Positions 29,204 through 39,436 of a DNA stretch of 64,000 nt are shown here, one piece after another. The stretch covers positions 1,663 through 65,662 of the forward strand of contig JASLLZ010000002.1 in assembly GCA_030746775.1 (NCBI GenBank). The letters are read 5' to 3'. The DNA comes from Rhodospirillales bacterium (GTDB lineage Bacteria > Pseudomonadota > Alphaproteobacteria > Rhodospirillales > JASLLZ01). The first letter of the stretch is position 1. Each line of letters begins with the position of its first letter. Position numbers and translations under genes: made by a program. The notes beneath the pieces are model-generated. The model ran no database searches. It worked only from the letters and a program-made list of their open reading frames with translations, and was not told the origin of the DNA.

Positions 29204-31085
29204 CGGCCAGGGCCTCCAGGGAGTCGTCCGGCGGCGTCGCGCTGGCCGGACCCTCGACGTGGACGCGCAGCGCCAGCTCCAGCATCAAAAGCGTATAGAC
29301 GCGAAACCCGTGCACCTGGGGCCGGGCCAGCAGGCGCTCGATCCCCGCCGCCGTCCACCAGCCGCGCTCCAGAGTTTCCCGCCGGGTCAGGATGCGCCGC
29401 GCCAGGGGTTCCAGCCCGGCGGTCAGCCAGGCCGGGACCGGCGATGCAAAGCCCTGCTTGGGCGCCTTCAGCACGGCGGCGGGCAGCAGCGGGCGGGCGA
29501 TGGCGCGCTGCAATCCCTTTTGCCGCCCCCCCGGCGTGCGAATTTCGGGCGGCACCGCCAGGGCCGCTTCGACCAGGCGGTGGTCGAGGAAGGGAACCCG
29601 GCCCTCGACGCTCGCCGCCATCGACGTGCGGTCAAGGAGCGTCAACAGGTCGTCGGGCAGATAGGTGTTCAAGTCGGTGGCGAGGGCAGCCGTCCGGCCC
29701 GGCCCCCGGAACGCATCATGGGGCTCGGCTTGCGCCGGTTCGGGCGGCGTCATTCGGTTGCCAACGAGGCGCCGCATGGGGGGCGGGAAGTGGGTTGAGT
29801 GGTCGTGCAAATAGGCCCCCCCGTCACGGTCCATCTTGGCGGCGCGGCGCAGTTTCCACGCCGTCATCGGCGCGACCAGGTCCATGGCGGGTTCGACCGC
29901 GCCACGCCTGAGCCAACCCGGTATTCGCAGGTAGCGCCGCTCGACGGGCAGGCGGAAATAGCGTCCATAGCCGGCGAACAGCTCGTCGCCGCCGGTGCCG
30001 TTGAGCGCCACCTTGACGTGACCGCCAAGCTCGCCTTCGATAAGGTAATTGGGCAGCAGCGCCGCGTCGTTGAGCGGCTCCTCGCAATACCAGGCCAGTT
30101 TGGGCAACAGCTCGGCGATGCGGTCCGCCTCCACATCCAAGACCGTGTGCCGGGTGCCATAGCGTTCGGCGACGGCGCCGGCAAGCGGTGCCTCATCGAC
30201 GGCGGCGCCGGCAAAACGCACGGTGTAGGTGTTGATGGGCTTGTCGGTCAGTTGCGCCGCCAGGGCCACCATGAGCCCCGAATCGAGGCCGCCCGACAAC
30301 AACGCGCCGAGGGGCACGTCGGAGCGCAGTTGCAGACGCAGGCTGTCACGCAGCAGATCGCGCAGGTGGTCTTCGATCTCAATGGGGTCTTGCGGAAGGT
30401 CGTCGGCCATGGCGGCGCGCCAATAGCGCTCGACGGCGATGGCGCCGCCGTCGTCGATCCTGAGCATGGAGCCCGGCGCCAGCTTGTTGACGCCCCGGAA
30501 CAAGGTATCGGGGGCCGGCACGTAGCCATGCGCCAGATAGGACGAGACGGCCCCCTCGTCGATCGCCGGCGAGATCAACCCGGACGCGAATAGCGCCTTG
30601 ATTTCAGAGGCAAAGAGGACGCCGCCGCCGGCCAGGCGGGCCCAGTAGAGCGGCTTGACCCCAAGCCGGTCGCGGACCAGCATCAGGCGGTGGTGCTCGG
30701 CGTCGTAAAGGGCCAGGGCATACATGCCGTTGAGACGGTGGACGAAGTCGTCGCCCAGGCGGGCGGCCAAGGGCAGCACCACCTCCATGTCGCCCTGGGT
30801 CTTGAAGGGATAGTCGCGGGCCTCGCGGCGCAGTTCGACGTAGTTATAAATCTCGCCGTTGCCCATCAGGACCCGGTTGCCGTCCGCCGCCTCGATGGGC
30901 TGGCCGCCGGTGTCGAGATCGATGATGGCAAGGCGGGTGAAAACGCCCTGATAGCGCCGGTTCGGGCTGACGAAGCGTCCCCGGCCGTCGGGGCCGCGGT
31001 GGTCCATAACGGCTGCCATGGCGTCGAGGTCGGCCTCGGCCGGGGGCGCCGCCCCAGGCAGATAGAGGCCCCCGATGCCGCACAT
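29193..31085 (-). CDS. asnB: Asparagine synthase-like amidotransferase (copy 2)
   Basis: MCGI, HRGPD, NGEIYN, LSGGLDS, GTGGDE, PKQGF. Confidence 0.92.
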   Translation of the reverse strand: MCGIGGLYLPGAAPPAEADLDAMAAVMDHRGPDGRGRFVSPNRRYQGVFTRLAIIDLDTGGQPIEAADGNRVLMGNGEIYNYVELRREARDYPFKTQGDMEVVLPLAARLGDDFVHRLNGMYALALYDAEHHRLMLVRDRLGVKPLYWARLAGGGVLFASEIKALFASGLISPAIDEGAVSSYLAHGYVPAPDTLFRGVNKLAPGSMLRIDDGGAIAVERYWRAAMADDLPQDPIEIEDHLRDLLRDSLRLQLRSDVPLGALLSGGLDSGLMVALAAQLTDKPINTYTVRFAGAAVDEAPLAGAVAERYGTRHTVLDVEADRIAELLPKLAWYCEEPLNDAALLPNYLIEGELGGHVKVALNGTGGDELFAGYGRYFRLPVERRYLRIPGWLRRGAVEPAMDLVAPMTAWKLRRAAKMDRDGGAYLHDHSTHFPPPMRRLVGNRMTPPEPAQAEPHDAFRGPGRTAALATDLNTYLPDDLLTLLDRTSMAASVEGRVPFLDHRLVEAALAVPPEIRTPGGRQKGLQRAIARPLLPAAVLKAPKQGFASPVPAWLTAGLEPLARRILTRRETLERGWWTAAGIERLLARPQVHGFRVYTLLMLELALRVHVEGPASATPPDDSLEALADAA

Positions 31086-32798
31086 TTATTCGACCTCCAC
31101 GGTGAGGACGCCCTGCCAGGGCAGCCGGGCGGCAATCGTCACGTCGATGGCGGTGGCCGGCCCGCCCCTTCCATAGGCGCCCCAAAACGTGGCCGGCTCA
31201 ATGGTTACGGGGCCGTCGGCGCGGATTCGAAAGCGCGCCTCCCGACCCGTGAAAAGGGCGCCGTCGGCCGTCCGTTCGACGGCCAAGGTGGTGTGCAGAC
31301 GCCTGCTCACGCAGTGGCGCCCGCTTCCGTCGACGCCATCGTCGATCCGCATTTGCGAGGCCGAAAAGGACCACCGGCGGCTGAGCGCCCCGACACCGCC
31401 GAGCCGCGCATATCCGTGGTGGTGAAGGGTCAGTGCGTTGAGGTAGCGCTGGAGTTTGGGTAGCGGGCCGCCGATACGGCTTCGAAACGCATCGTCGTAA
31501 TAGGGTTTGTTGGGGGGATAGGGGTCGCGGCCATCGACGACAAGGGTGTTGTGGGCCAGGGCCGAGCGATAAAACGCCGCATCGCCGCTCTCACCGTAAG
31601 CTCCCCGTCCGAGATCGCGAAAGACGACATCGGCGCCGTGATGAATCTCGAAACCGCCGATATCTTGGTGGCCGTGTCCCGGCATCGCCGACCAGCCCGC
31701 CGGCGGCGCGTGCCACAGCCCCGACCAGGCGCCGAAATCGGCGCGCCGCCATCCGTCTGCGGCCAGGGTGTCGGCATCGGCGGGCGTCACGCCATCGCGC
31801 AGTTCGGCGAATACGGTGCGCTCGTCCGAGTCCAGCCCGCCCACCCAGCCTTCATCCCCGGCCGCCAGGCCGTTTAGAAATTCGGGCGGGCAGTCCGGCG
31901 ATACGTCGCCGACGAGGGGCATCCCGCCGGGCAGCATCAGGCGGGGAATGACCGCCAGGGTCTTTTCCGTGATTTGGCCAAGGGCTTCGGCCTCCGGGCG
32001 TCCGTGACGGCGCGCCGCCAGCCAGGCCTCGGCATAGACGCGGGTCAAAAGCAGGTGGTAGTGGCTCGATCCCTCACGCAGGATGCCGGACGGGGAGAAG
32101 ATGCGCCGCGCCTCCTCGATCAGGATACGCCCGCCCATATCAGCCGCGCGCTCCAGGCCGAGCGCCAAGCCCAAGACGAACAAGCCGCGCCCGTTATTGG
32201 CCAGGTGGTTCGAGGTGTGGTGGTCGCCGAAGTATTCGAGGCCCGACGCAATTGCCGGGGCGTGTTCGGCCAATACCGCCAGGGTCTCGGCGCGCGGGCC
32301 GGGCAGGCCCTGGCGGCGGGCGAAATGCACGATGTTGATGGCGCGCTCGGCAGCCGTGTAAGGGTGCCAGGCCGGGCCGTCGTCGGGGGTGCCATGGCCC
32401 TCGCACCAGGCGCGCCACAGAACGTCGACACAGGCCGGATCGATCCTGCCGGCGACAAGCGGCAGCCAGGCGAAGCGGTGGACGGCGATGGCGGTTTCTT
32501 CGTCGGCGAAGGCGCGGCGATAGAGATCGTCCGCGCCGCCCGGCTCGACCCGCGCCGTCACGCCGGGCAACGGCAAGTCGATAGGCGACTCGGGTGATGC
32601 CGGCGACAGCTCGGCCAAGTCCGCGGTCGGGGTTTCCCCTGTTAGCGGCAGCATCCCCTCCAGATAGGGGGGGCGATGGGCGGTGAACCGGGGCTCACCC
32701 GGCGTCCGGCCGAAGGCTCGGCGGACGATCCAGTGGCGCAAAACAGGATCCGTGGCCGTCTGACGGGCCTTGCGCACCAAAGACCCTAGCATCGGCAT
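31086..32798 (-). CDS. Heparinase II/III family protein (copy 2)
   Basis: WHPY, SNHLANN, EGSSHYH, HGHQD, RSALAHNT. Confidence 0.85.
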   Translation of the reverse strand: MPMLGSLVRKARQTATDPVLRHWIVRRAFGRTPGEPRFTAHRPPYLEGMLPLTGETPTADLAELSPASPESPIDLPLPGVTARVEPGGADDLYRRAFADEETAIAVHRFAWLPLVAGRIDPACVDVLWRAWCEGHGTPDDGPAWHPYTAAERAINIVHFARRQGLPGPRAETLAVLAEHAPAIASGLEYFGDHHTSNHLANNGRGLFVLGLALGLERAADMGGRILIEEARRIFSPSGILREGSSHYHLLLTRVYAEAWLAARRHGRPEAEALGQITEKTLAVIPRLMLPGGMPLVGDVSPDCPPEFLNGLAAGDEGWVGGLDSDERTVFAELRDGVTPADADTLAADGWRRADFGAWSGLWHAPPAGWSAMPGHGHQDIGGFEIHHGADVVFRDLGRGAYGESGDAAFYRSALAHNTLVVDGRDPYPPNKPYYDDAFRSRIGGPLPKLQRYLNALTLHHHGYARLGGVGALSRRWSFSASQMRIDDGVDGSGRHCVSRRLHTTLAVERTADGALFTGREARFRIRADGPVTIEPATFWGAYGRGGPATAIDVTIAARLPWQGVLTVEVE

Positions 32799-32849
32799 GA
32801 CGCGATCAGTGACAACAGATGGGGCAGTTTTGCGGTACCGGACCCAACA

Positions 32850-33815
32850 CTAGGAAACCGGCGCAGGCGGCGCCGGGGCCGGCCAGTCGGCGGTGGGCAG
32901 GCGGGCGGTTTCCAGGCCCTCGATGGCGGCGCGGCCCATGGCCAGGACCGCTTCCTCGGCGTTGCCTCCGATGTGGGGGGTGGCGAGGAAGTTGGGGAGC
33001 GCCAGAAGCTCCCCATCGTCGGGCGGTTCGGTGGCGAATACGTCGAAGGCGGCGCCGGCCATGCGCCCGTCGGCCAGCAGGGCTTTGAGCGCCGCCTCGT
33101 CGACCAAACCGCCGCGCGCCGTATTGATCAGCACGGCGTCGGGTTTCATCAGCCCCAGGCGCCCAGCGGAAAGTATGTTGCGCGTCGTTTCGTCCAGGGG
33201 CACGTGGAGCGTGACGATATCGGCGGTGGCCAGAAGTGTTTCCAGGTCCACCGGTTCGACGTCGTGGGTTCGGTAGAACGCGGCGTAATCCCGAATGTCG
33301 TTGGCCAGCACCTTGCAACCGAAGGCCTTGAGAAGGACCGTGACCTCCTTGCCGATGTGGCCGCAACCGATGATGCCGACGGTCTTGCCGCTCAGTTGGC
33401 GCCCGACGTGGCGGCGCCATTCACCGGCCCGGACCTCGCGGTCGCAGACCGCCACGTGGCGCAGGGCCGCGATGGCGAAGGCGATGACCAACTCGGCAAC
33501 CGAACGCCTGTTCAGGCCCCCCGTCCAGCCCAGCTTGATGCCGCGCCGCGCCATGGCGTTCAGGTCCACCATGTCGAAGCCGACGCCGTACTTCGACACC
33601 ACCTTGAGTTCGGGCAGGGCGGCGAAAAGCGCCTCGTCCAATCGTTCCAGGCTGGTGATGATCTTTTCGTGGCCCTTGAGGAAATCAATAAGCTCGGTGC
33701 CCCGCATGGAGAGGCCGGCCTCGTTGAAGGTGACCTCGGCGTGGCGCGCCTCAAGCTCGGCGCGCAGCACCGGATGGCGCGAAAAGGACCGCGAACAGAC
33801 GGCGATGCGGCTCAC
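32850..33815 (-). CDS. D-isomer-specific 2-hydroxyacid dehydrogenase (SerA-like)
   Basis: GIIGCGHIG, LHVP, INTARG, DVF..EP, TPHIGG; GTG start overlapping the upstream stop. Confidence 0.88.
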   Translation of the reverse strand: MSRIAVCSRSFSRHPVLRAELEARHAEVTFNEAGLSMRGTELIDFLKGHEKIITSLERLDEALFAALPELKVVSKYGVGFDMVDLNAMARRGIKLGWTGGLNRRSVAELVIAFAIAALRHVAVCDREVRAGEWRRHVGRQLSGKTVGIIGCGHIGKEVTVLLKAFGCKVLANDIRDYAAFYRTHDVEPVDLETLLATADIVTLHVPLDETTRNILSAGRLGLMKPDAVLINTARGGLVDEAALKALLADGRMAGAAFDVFATEPPDDGELLALPNFLATPHIGGNAEEAVLAMGRAAIEGLETARLPTADWPAPAPPAPVS

Positions 33816-34486
33816 GCGCGGGCCAACTCGTCGAGGGCATCGGGCAGATCGCTGAAGCGGTCGATCAGCACGTCGGCCCCAAGGTCGGCCACCGCAACAT
33901 GGGCGTAGCCGTATGTCACGGCGATGACGGGCAGGCCGGCGTCCTTGCCGGCGGCAACGTCGGTCTCGCTGTCGCCCACCATCGCGGCGTTGGCGTGATG
34001 TCCCCCCATCAAGTCGAGGGTATGAGTGACGTGGCGGCCGTCGGGCTTGCGGTGCGGCACGTTGTCGCCGCCGGTGACGGCGTCGAAGTAATGATCGAGA
34101 CCCAGGGTTTCCAGGACCAGCTTGGTCATGACGTAGGGCTTGTTGGAGCAAATCGCCATGCGCACGCCCCGCGCCGCGAGCGAGTCCAGCACCTCGACGA
34201 CGCCGGGATAGATGGTGGTGAGATCGGCGGGATGGCGGCGGTAGAACCCGATGTAGGTCTCGACCATGCGGTCGAGGGCATCGGCCGGCGGCGCCTCGCC
34301 GCCCAAGGACATGGCCTGTTCCATCATCACCCGGGCGCCCTGGCCGACCAGGGACAGGGTTTGGTCGAGGGTAATCTCGGCCCGCCCTTCGCTGACCAAC
34401 AGGCGATTGATGGCGGCGCGCACGTCGGGCACGCTGTTGATCAAGGTGCCGTCCAGGTCGAAGGCGATGGCGTCGACAGCCGTCAC
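33812..34486 (-). CDS. HAD phosphatase (phosphoglycolate phosphatase-like)
   Basis: FDLDGTL, SNKP, KPD, VGDSETD. Confidence 0.88.
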   Translation of the reverse strand: MTAVDAIAFDLDGTLINSVPDVRAAINRLLVSEGRAEITLDQTLSLVGQGARVMMEQAMSLGGEAPPADALDRMVETYIGFYRRHPADLTTIYPGVVEVLDSLAARGVRMAICSNKPYVMTKLVLETLGLDHYFDAVTGGDNVPHRKPDGRHVTHTLDLMGGHHANAAMVGDSETDVAAGKDAGLPVIAVTYGYAHVAVADLGADVLIDRFSDLPDALDELARA

Positions 34487-35251
34487 TTAATAGGTTCCCC
34501 ACAGGGGGTCATCGGCCAAGGCCGCCTCGACCAGGGCCACGTCCTCGGGGCTGTCGACGGAGAAGTAGGGGCGGTAGGGGACGGGCGCGATGTGCTGGTG
34601 GTGGCCGTAATCCAAGAAGCGGTTGCTGTCGCACGATTCCTTGATCTCCAGGGGCGATTCGGCAAGGGCCGTGAAGGCCTTCAGAAAGTGCCAGCGAAAG
34701 CCGAAGATACCGCCGACGCGCATGGCGCCGAGCTCGGGCGTGAAGGTCTCGCAGTAGGGCACCGGGCTGCGCGAGGTATAGAGAACCTTGCCCTTCGGGT
34801 CATGAATGATTTTTACGATATCGGGGTTGCGGTAGAGCGCTTCGTCGATGATGGGGACGCCCAGCATGGTGCCCTTGACCTGCGCATCGTCATCGAAGGG
34901 CTTGACCACCGCTTCCAGGACGTCGGGACCCAGGAGCGGCTCGTCGCCCTGCACGCAGACCACGATGTCATCGTCGGCGACGTCCAGGGGGCACTTCTCG
35001 ACCGCTTCGGCGACCCGGTCGAGGGCACGGGTATGGCGATCGGACGTCATGATGACGGGGAAGTCCCGGGATTCCCCGAAGGTGCGGATCTCCTCGTCGC
35101 AAGTGGCAAGGTAGAGCGCGTCCCAGCGCCCATAGGCCCGGGCGCGCAGGAAGCAGTGCTCGACCATGGGCCGTCCGGCGATGGGGTGCAAGGGCTTGCC
35201 GGGGAACCGGCTTGATCCCATGCGGGCGGGAACGACACCGATAATTTTCAT
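34487..35251 (-). CDS. KdsB-family cytidylyltransferase
   Basis: PARMGSSRFPGKPL, VQGDEP, SVDSPED. Confidence 0.85.
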   Translation of the reverse strand: MKIIGVVPARMGSSRFPGKPLHPIAGRPMVEHCFLRARAYGRWDALYLATCDEEIRTFGESRDFPVIMTSDRHTRALDRVAEAVEKCPLDVADDDIVVCVQGDEPLLGPDVLEAVVKPFDDDAQVKGTMLGVPIIDEALYRNPDIVKIIHDPKGKVLYTSRSPVPYCETFTPELGAMRVGGIFGFRWHFLKAFTALAESPLEIKESCDSNRFLDYGHHQHIAPVPYRPYFSVDSPEDVALVEAALADDPLWGTY

Positions 35252-35467
35252 GGTTGCGGCATTGGTTCAAGCAGGGGCATCGGCCTTACCATCACAAGAG
35301 CCTCGGACATCCATCAAACCATACAGGCAAACGGCAGAATTCCGAAGCCGCGTGACGGCGTTTAGAAATCAAGAGCTGCGATGACTTGGGGAGCTCGGCG
35401 ATACGTCGTCGCCCGTCAGGTCGGCGGAACCTGTTTTTCTTATGATCACTTTTCGGGCTCTTTGGTA

Positions 35468-36904
35468 TTAGAACTGAAAGTATATGAACGGGCGTTCCTG
35501 GAAATCCCCGAACGCCAGCATCAGGGTTCCCAACAGGGCAAGAAAGGCGTAACGGGCAAAGGCCGGCAGCCGCAACACGACCAAGGTGTCGTCGTGGCGG
35601 TGCTGGAAGACCTGGACGACGAACAGGATGGCGACGAAGACCCCGATTTCGGTAGCCGTCTGCGAAAGCATGAGCTCTGGCAGGACGCGGAAGTTGAACA
35701 CCAGGCTCTGGAACATCTCGGCGGCCTGTCCCATCGACGTGGCGCGGAAGATCAACCACCCCCCGCAGGCCAGATGAAAGGTCAGGATCATCTGCACGAA
35801 TACGTGCATCCGGTCCCAGTGTTTCCGGATGGTGTAATAGGCCCAAATCATGAGGGCGTGATAGATGCCGAAAAAGCCGAAGTTCCATGCCGCCCCGTGC
35901 CACATTCCGAGCAGAAACTCGACCACCACGAGGGTGACGAAGAACGCCACCCCATGGCGCACCTTCATGGGCAGCCGGCTGAACATCGGGCTGCGCTCCA
36001 TGTAGATGTAATAGGGCGAGAAGACGTAATCGCGGAACCAGCTTGACAGCGAAATGTGCCAGCGCCGCCAGAAATCGGCGATGCTTTTCGAGAAATAAGG
36101 GCGGCGGAAGTTCTCCATCAGATCGATGCCCATGGCGAGGCCCAACCCGATGGCCATGAACGAATAGCCGGCGAAATCGCAGTAAATCTGGATGCTGAAG
36201 GCATAGACGGCGAGAAGCACGCTGGCCCCTTCGTAGGGACCGGCGGCGGCGAAGACCGGATCGACGATCTTGGCCATGTTGTCGGCGATGAAGACCTTGA
36301 GGAACATGCCCCAGAAGAACAGGTACGCGCCGCGGTACACCTTTTCCGGGGTCAGGGTTCTGGGCTTGAGGATCTGGGGCAAAAGCCGGGTGCCGCGTTC
36401 GATGGGCCCGGCGATCAATTGGGGGAAGAAAGAAACGTAAAGGGCGAAATCGAAGAAGTTTCTCTCCGCCACCACCTTTCCGCGAAAGGTGTCGATGGTA
36501 TAGCTCAGGGTCTGGAAGGTATAGAACGAGATGCCGATGGGCAGCGCCACGTTGAGGAAATAGGGGTGCACGGCCAAGCCGAACGCACCCATGAAATCTT
36601 GGAAGCTGGTGGCGAAGAAATCGTAATACTTGAACACGCCGAGCATGGACAGGTTGACCACCAGACTGACCGTAACCAGCGCCTTGCGTTTTCGATTATC
36701 TTCGCTCGCGGCGATGCCCAGGCCGCAGAGATAGTCGGTCACCGTGGAGACGAGGATCAGGCCCAGGTAGCGCCAGTCCCAGGCGCCGTAAAAGACGTAG
36801 CTGGCGACCAGCAGCATGCGGTTCTGCAATTTGTGGGGAAGGACAAGGTAGAGGCCGTAGACGATGGGAAAGAAGACGGCAAACTGTAACGAATGAAAAA
36901 GCAC
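35468..36904 (-). CDS. MBOAT O-acetyltransferase (AlgI/PatA-like)
   Basis: LPIGISFYTFQ, FFPQLIAGPI, YCDFAGY, FWRRWHISLS, GMWHG, FIYFQF. Confidence 0.95.
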   Translation of the reverse strand: MLFHSLQFAVFFPIVYGLYLVLPHKLQNRMLLVASYVFYGAWDWRYLGLILVSTVTDYLCGLGIAASEDNRKRKALVTVSLVVNLSMLGVFKYYDFFATSFQDFMGAFGLAVHPYFLNVALPIGISFYTFQTLSYTIDTFRGKVVAERNFFDFALYVSFFPQLIAGPIERGTRLLPQILKPRTLTPEKVYRGAYLFFWGMFLKVFIADNMAKIVDPVFAAAGPYEGASVLLAVYAFSIQIYCDFAGYSFMAIGLGLAMGIDLMENFRRPYFSKSIADFWRRWHISLSSWFRDYVFSPYYIYMERSPMFSRLPMKVRHGVAFFVTLVVVEFLLGMWHGAAWNFGFFGIYHALMIWAYYTIRKHWDRMHVFVQMILTFHLACGGWLIFRATSMGQAAEMFQSLVFNFRVLPELMLSQTATEIGVFVAILFVVQVFQHRHDDTLVVLRLPAFARYAFLALLGTLMLAFGDFQERPFIYFQF

Positions 36905-37310
36905 GTTTAGCGCACCTCGTAAGTATGGCCGCGGCTAGTGGGGTTCGACGGTCTGGACAAGCCGGGCGGCCTAGTGTCTTGGATCCGTGGCTGTCAACGG
37001 AGCGGCGAGGGAGCCGACCACCAACAAAGCGGTTGAAATGACGGAATTGATCTTCATGGAGTGGTGCATTGCCGGCGCAAACGAAATCCCGTGCTCTTGG
37101 ACCAAGCGGTTTCGCCGGCCAGCGATGGGGCACGGGGGGCGTATTTCGCACGCTTTCATCGATGGCCTCATGTTTGTCTTCCCGGTGTCATCGCGGTTCC
37201 CCGTTTAGGTTCAGGGCCTTGGGTGTCATCTCGGCGACCGGCCCGTGTCCGGCAACGTTGTAATGCCCGCTACGTCGAAAGGGAAACGGTGATCGCCTTC
37301 GGTCATTCGT

Positions 37311-38390
37311 CTATTGGCCGCCCGCCGCTTCCTTGACCCAGCGCGCCGCCAGACCGCCGGCGATTTTGTGGCCGAGCGGTGACCAATGGCCGTCATGGGC
37401 AAAATGAGTAGGCCGGAAACCAGCCGCCTTGAATGCTTCAACAGGGTCGATGACGGCAATTCCCTGGTTCCCGATTTCTCGCGTCACGGTCTCGCGAAGC
37501 TGGCGGTAGAAGGGGTCCCCATCGCGAACCTCGAAACGCGCCGCGATCAGTACGACGGCGAAGGGCGTTCCCTGGGCGAACATGGCGCGGAGATTTGCCA
37601 ACTCCCGCGCCGTGCGTCGCGCCGCGGCCGCGATATGGTCGCGGGCGAACGGACGCTTATAGCTATGTTCCCTGGCGACCATGCCAATGGCGATCAGGGC
37701 CTGGTTGACGATGTCGACCTTCTTCACGGTGACCGCGAGGAAGTTGTAAAGCGCCGAGTAGTGGACAAAGAACCTTTTCAGCCCTGTCAGGGAGAGGTTC
37801 GCCGCCGGGTTGGAATCGGAGGGCGATTTCCGCTGGAGCGCGGCGTCCCGGGCGCGACAATCATAGGCCTGGACGTCGTTCTCCAAGGACAGACCCACGA
37901 TCACCGCCCGTGGTCCAAGACCGGAAGGCATGCGGGCAACCAGAGCCTGGTAACCGCAAACATCCGTCCCCGGGCTGGCGACGTTGTAGCTCTTCAATCC
38001 CGCCTGTCGGGCGATGACGGAGGAAATCATCTCGTCGCTCCTTACCCCCCAACCGAAGGTAAACGAATCCCCGATTACCCAAATGCGTGCGTTGGCCGCC
38101 GTCACGGGGTCGGCGTTGCGGAGGCCGAAGTCGTTGAGGGTGATGCGAACGCGAAAGTCGCCGTTGTTTTGGGAAAAGTATCCATCGAACCCGGGGCGCC
38201 CCACAGTCACGCGGCCGTGGCGTGGTACAGATTCCAAGGTCATGAAGCGTCCGCTGAAGAACTCTCTCCATTGCGGCATGAGGGCGCGGCTTATCACCTC
38301 GATCAGCATTAGGCCCACCACAACGGCGGCCGCAAGCAGGGCGAGGTTTTTGGCCAATTCCGTTCTTGTGGACACGAGCCTTGCGCTCAT
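37311..38390 (-). CDS. SGNH/GDSL-fold protein (AlgJ/AlgX-like acetylation partner)
   Basis: N-terminal TM; GDSFTFG, END, DGHWSPLGH. Confidence 0.8.
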   Translation of the reverse strand: MSARLVSTRTELAKNLALLAAAVVVGLMLIEVISRALMPQWREFFSGRFMTLESVPRHGRVTVGRPGFDGYFSQNNGDFRVRITLNDFGLRNADPVTAANARIWVIGDSFTFGWGVRSDEMISSVIARQAGLKSYNVASPGTDVCGYQALVARMPSGLGPRAVIVGLSLENDVQAYDCRARDAALQRKSPSDSNPAANLSLTGLKRFFVHYSALYNFLAVTVKKVDIVNQALIAIGMVAREHSYKRPFARDHIAAAARRTARELANLRAMFAQGTPFAVVLIAARFEVRDGDPFYRQLRETVTREIGNQGIAVIDPVEAFKAAGFRPTHFAHDGHWSPLGHKIAGGLAARWVKEAAGGQ

Positions 38391-39436
38391 TCGCCGACCG
38401 GCGGCAATTCGTCGCTCAGCTTCCACCGCGCCTTCCACTCATGATCGGCGCAATAGATGCGGTAGACCAGTTCCATGGTCTTCAACGCTTCTTCCGACGA
38501 GCCGTTGACGATCGGTTTGTCGGCGGTGACGGCGTCGGCGAACTCGGCGATCTCGTCGGCCCACGACGGATCGCGGTCGTAATGCGTCGTCTCCTCCTTG
38601 GGATCGCCGGCGTCGTGCTCGGTTGCCCGGGCCACGGTCAGGGTCTCGACACCGTAGCTCTTGGAGCCGGTCAACAGCCCGGCCAGGATGATGGTGCCCT
38701 TTTCCAGCGCGATCTCCAGATTGAAGCGGTGGCGCCACTGGGTGGCCGAGGAATGAAGCATGGCGACGATGCCGTCGGCGGTCCGCATCAGGGCATAGGC
38801 GTTGTCCTCCACGTCGTGGTGCCAGAAATCGTTGGAGACGACGGCGTGGATGTCGCTGAACTCGCCGGCAAACAGGCGCAGCAGATCGACCATGTGGATG
38901 CCCTGGTCGAGCAAGATGCCGCCGCCGGCCTGGGCCCGTTTGGTGCGCCAGTCGGATTCGAAGTTGATGATCGCCGATTTGCCGTAGACGCCGCGCAGGT
39001 TGATGATCCGGCCCAGCTCGCCCGAGCGCACCAGGGCCAGGGCATCGCGCACCGAATCGTGATAGCGGTGGTTGAAGCCGTACTTCAATTTCAGTCCCGG
39101 ATGCCTTTTTTCGGTGGCAATAACGCGCGCGATGTCGTCGAGGTCGCGCCCCGGCGGCTTTTCGCAGAAGACGTGCAGGCCGCGCTCCAGGCCGCCGATG
39201 GTGGCGGCCGGCGCCACCTCGTTGGGCAGGCAGACGAACAGCACGTCGAGGTCGTCGTCGAGTAGCTTTGTATAGTCATCGGCGTATCGAACCCCGTCCT
39301 CGAAATGGCCGTCGCCGTCCAGGCGGATGTCGCTTACCGCCACGGTCTTGAAGGCCGGGTGGGCGTCGATGACGGCGCGGCGGCGCTTGCCGACGACGCC
39401 GTAACCGGCGATGCCGACTTTGAGTTTGCCGCTCAC
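38387..39436 (-). CDS. Gfo/Idh/MocA oxidoreductase
   Basis: GIAGYG, CEKP, GFNHRY, GGILLDQGIH. Confidence 0.9.
   Translation of the reverse strand: MSGKLKVGIAGYGVVGKRRRAVIDAHPAFKTVAVSDIRLDGDGHFEDGVRYADDYTKLLDDDLDVLFVCLPNEVAPAATIGGLERGLHVFCEKPPGRDLDDIARVIATEKRHPGLKLKYGFNHRYHDSVRDALALVRSGELGRIINLRGVYGKSAIINFESDWRTKRAQAGGGILLDQGIHMVDLLRLFAGEFSDIHAVVSNDFWHHDVEDNAYALMRTADGIVAMLHSSATQWRHRFNLEIALEKGTIILAGLLTGSKSYGVETLTVARATEHDAGDPKEETTHYDRDPSWADEIAEFADAVTADKPIVNGSSEEALKTMELVYRIYCADHEWKARWKLSDELPPVGE

Noticed and set aside
32850-33815. 2-hydroxyacid dehydrogenase as phosphite dehydrogenase PtxD serving the phnCDE-like importer
   Set aside because: About 20 kb from the transporter and coupled to KdsB-like and HAD genes; no PtxD-specific evidence seen
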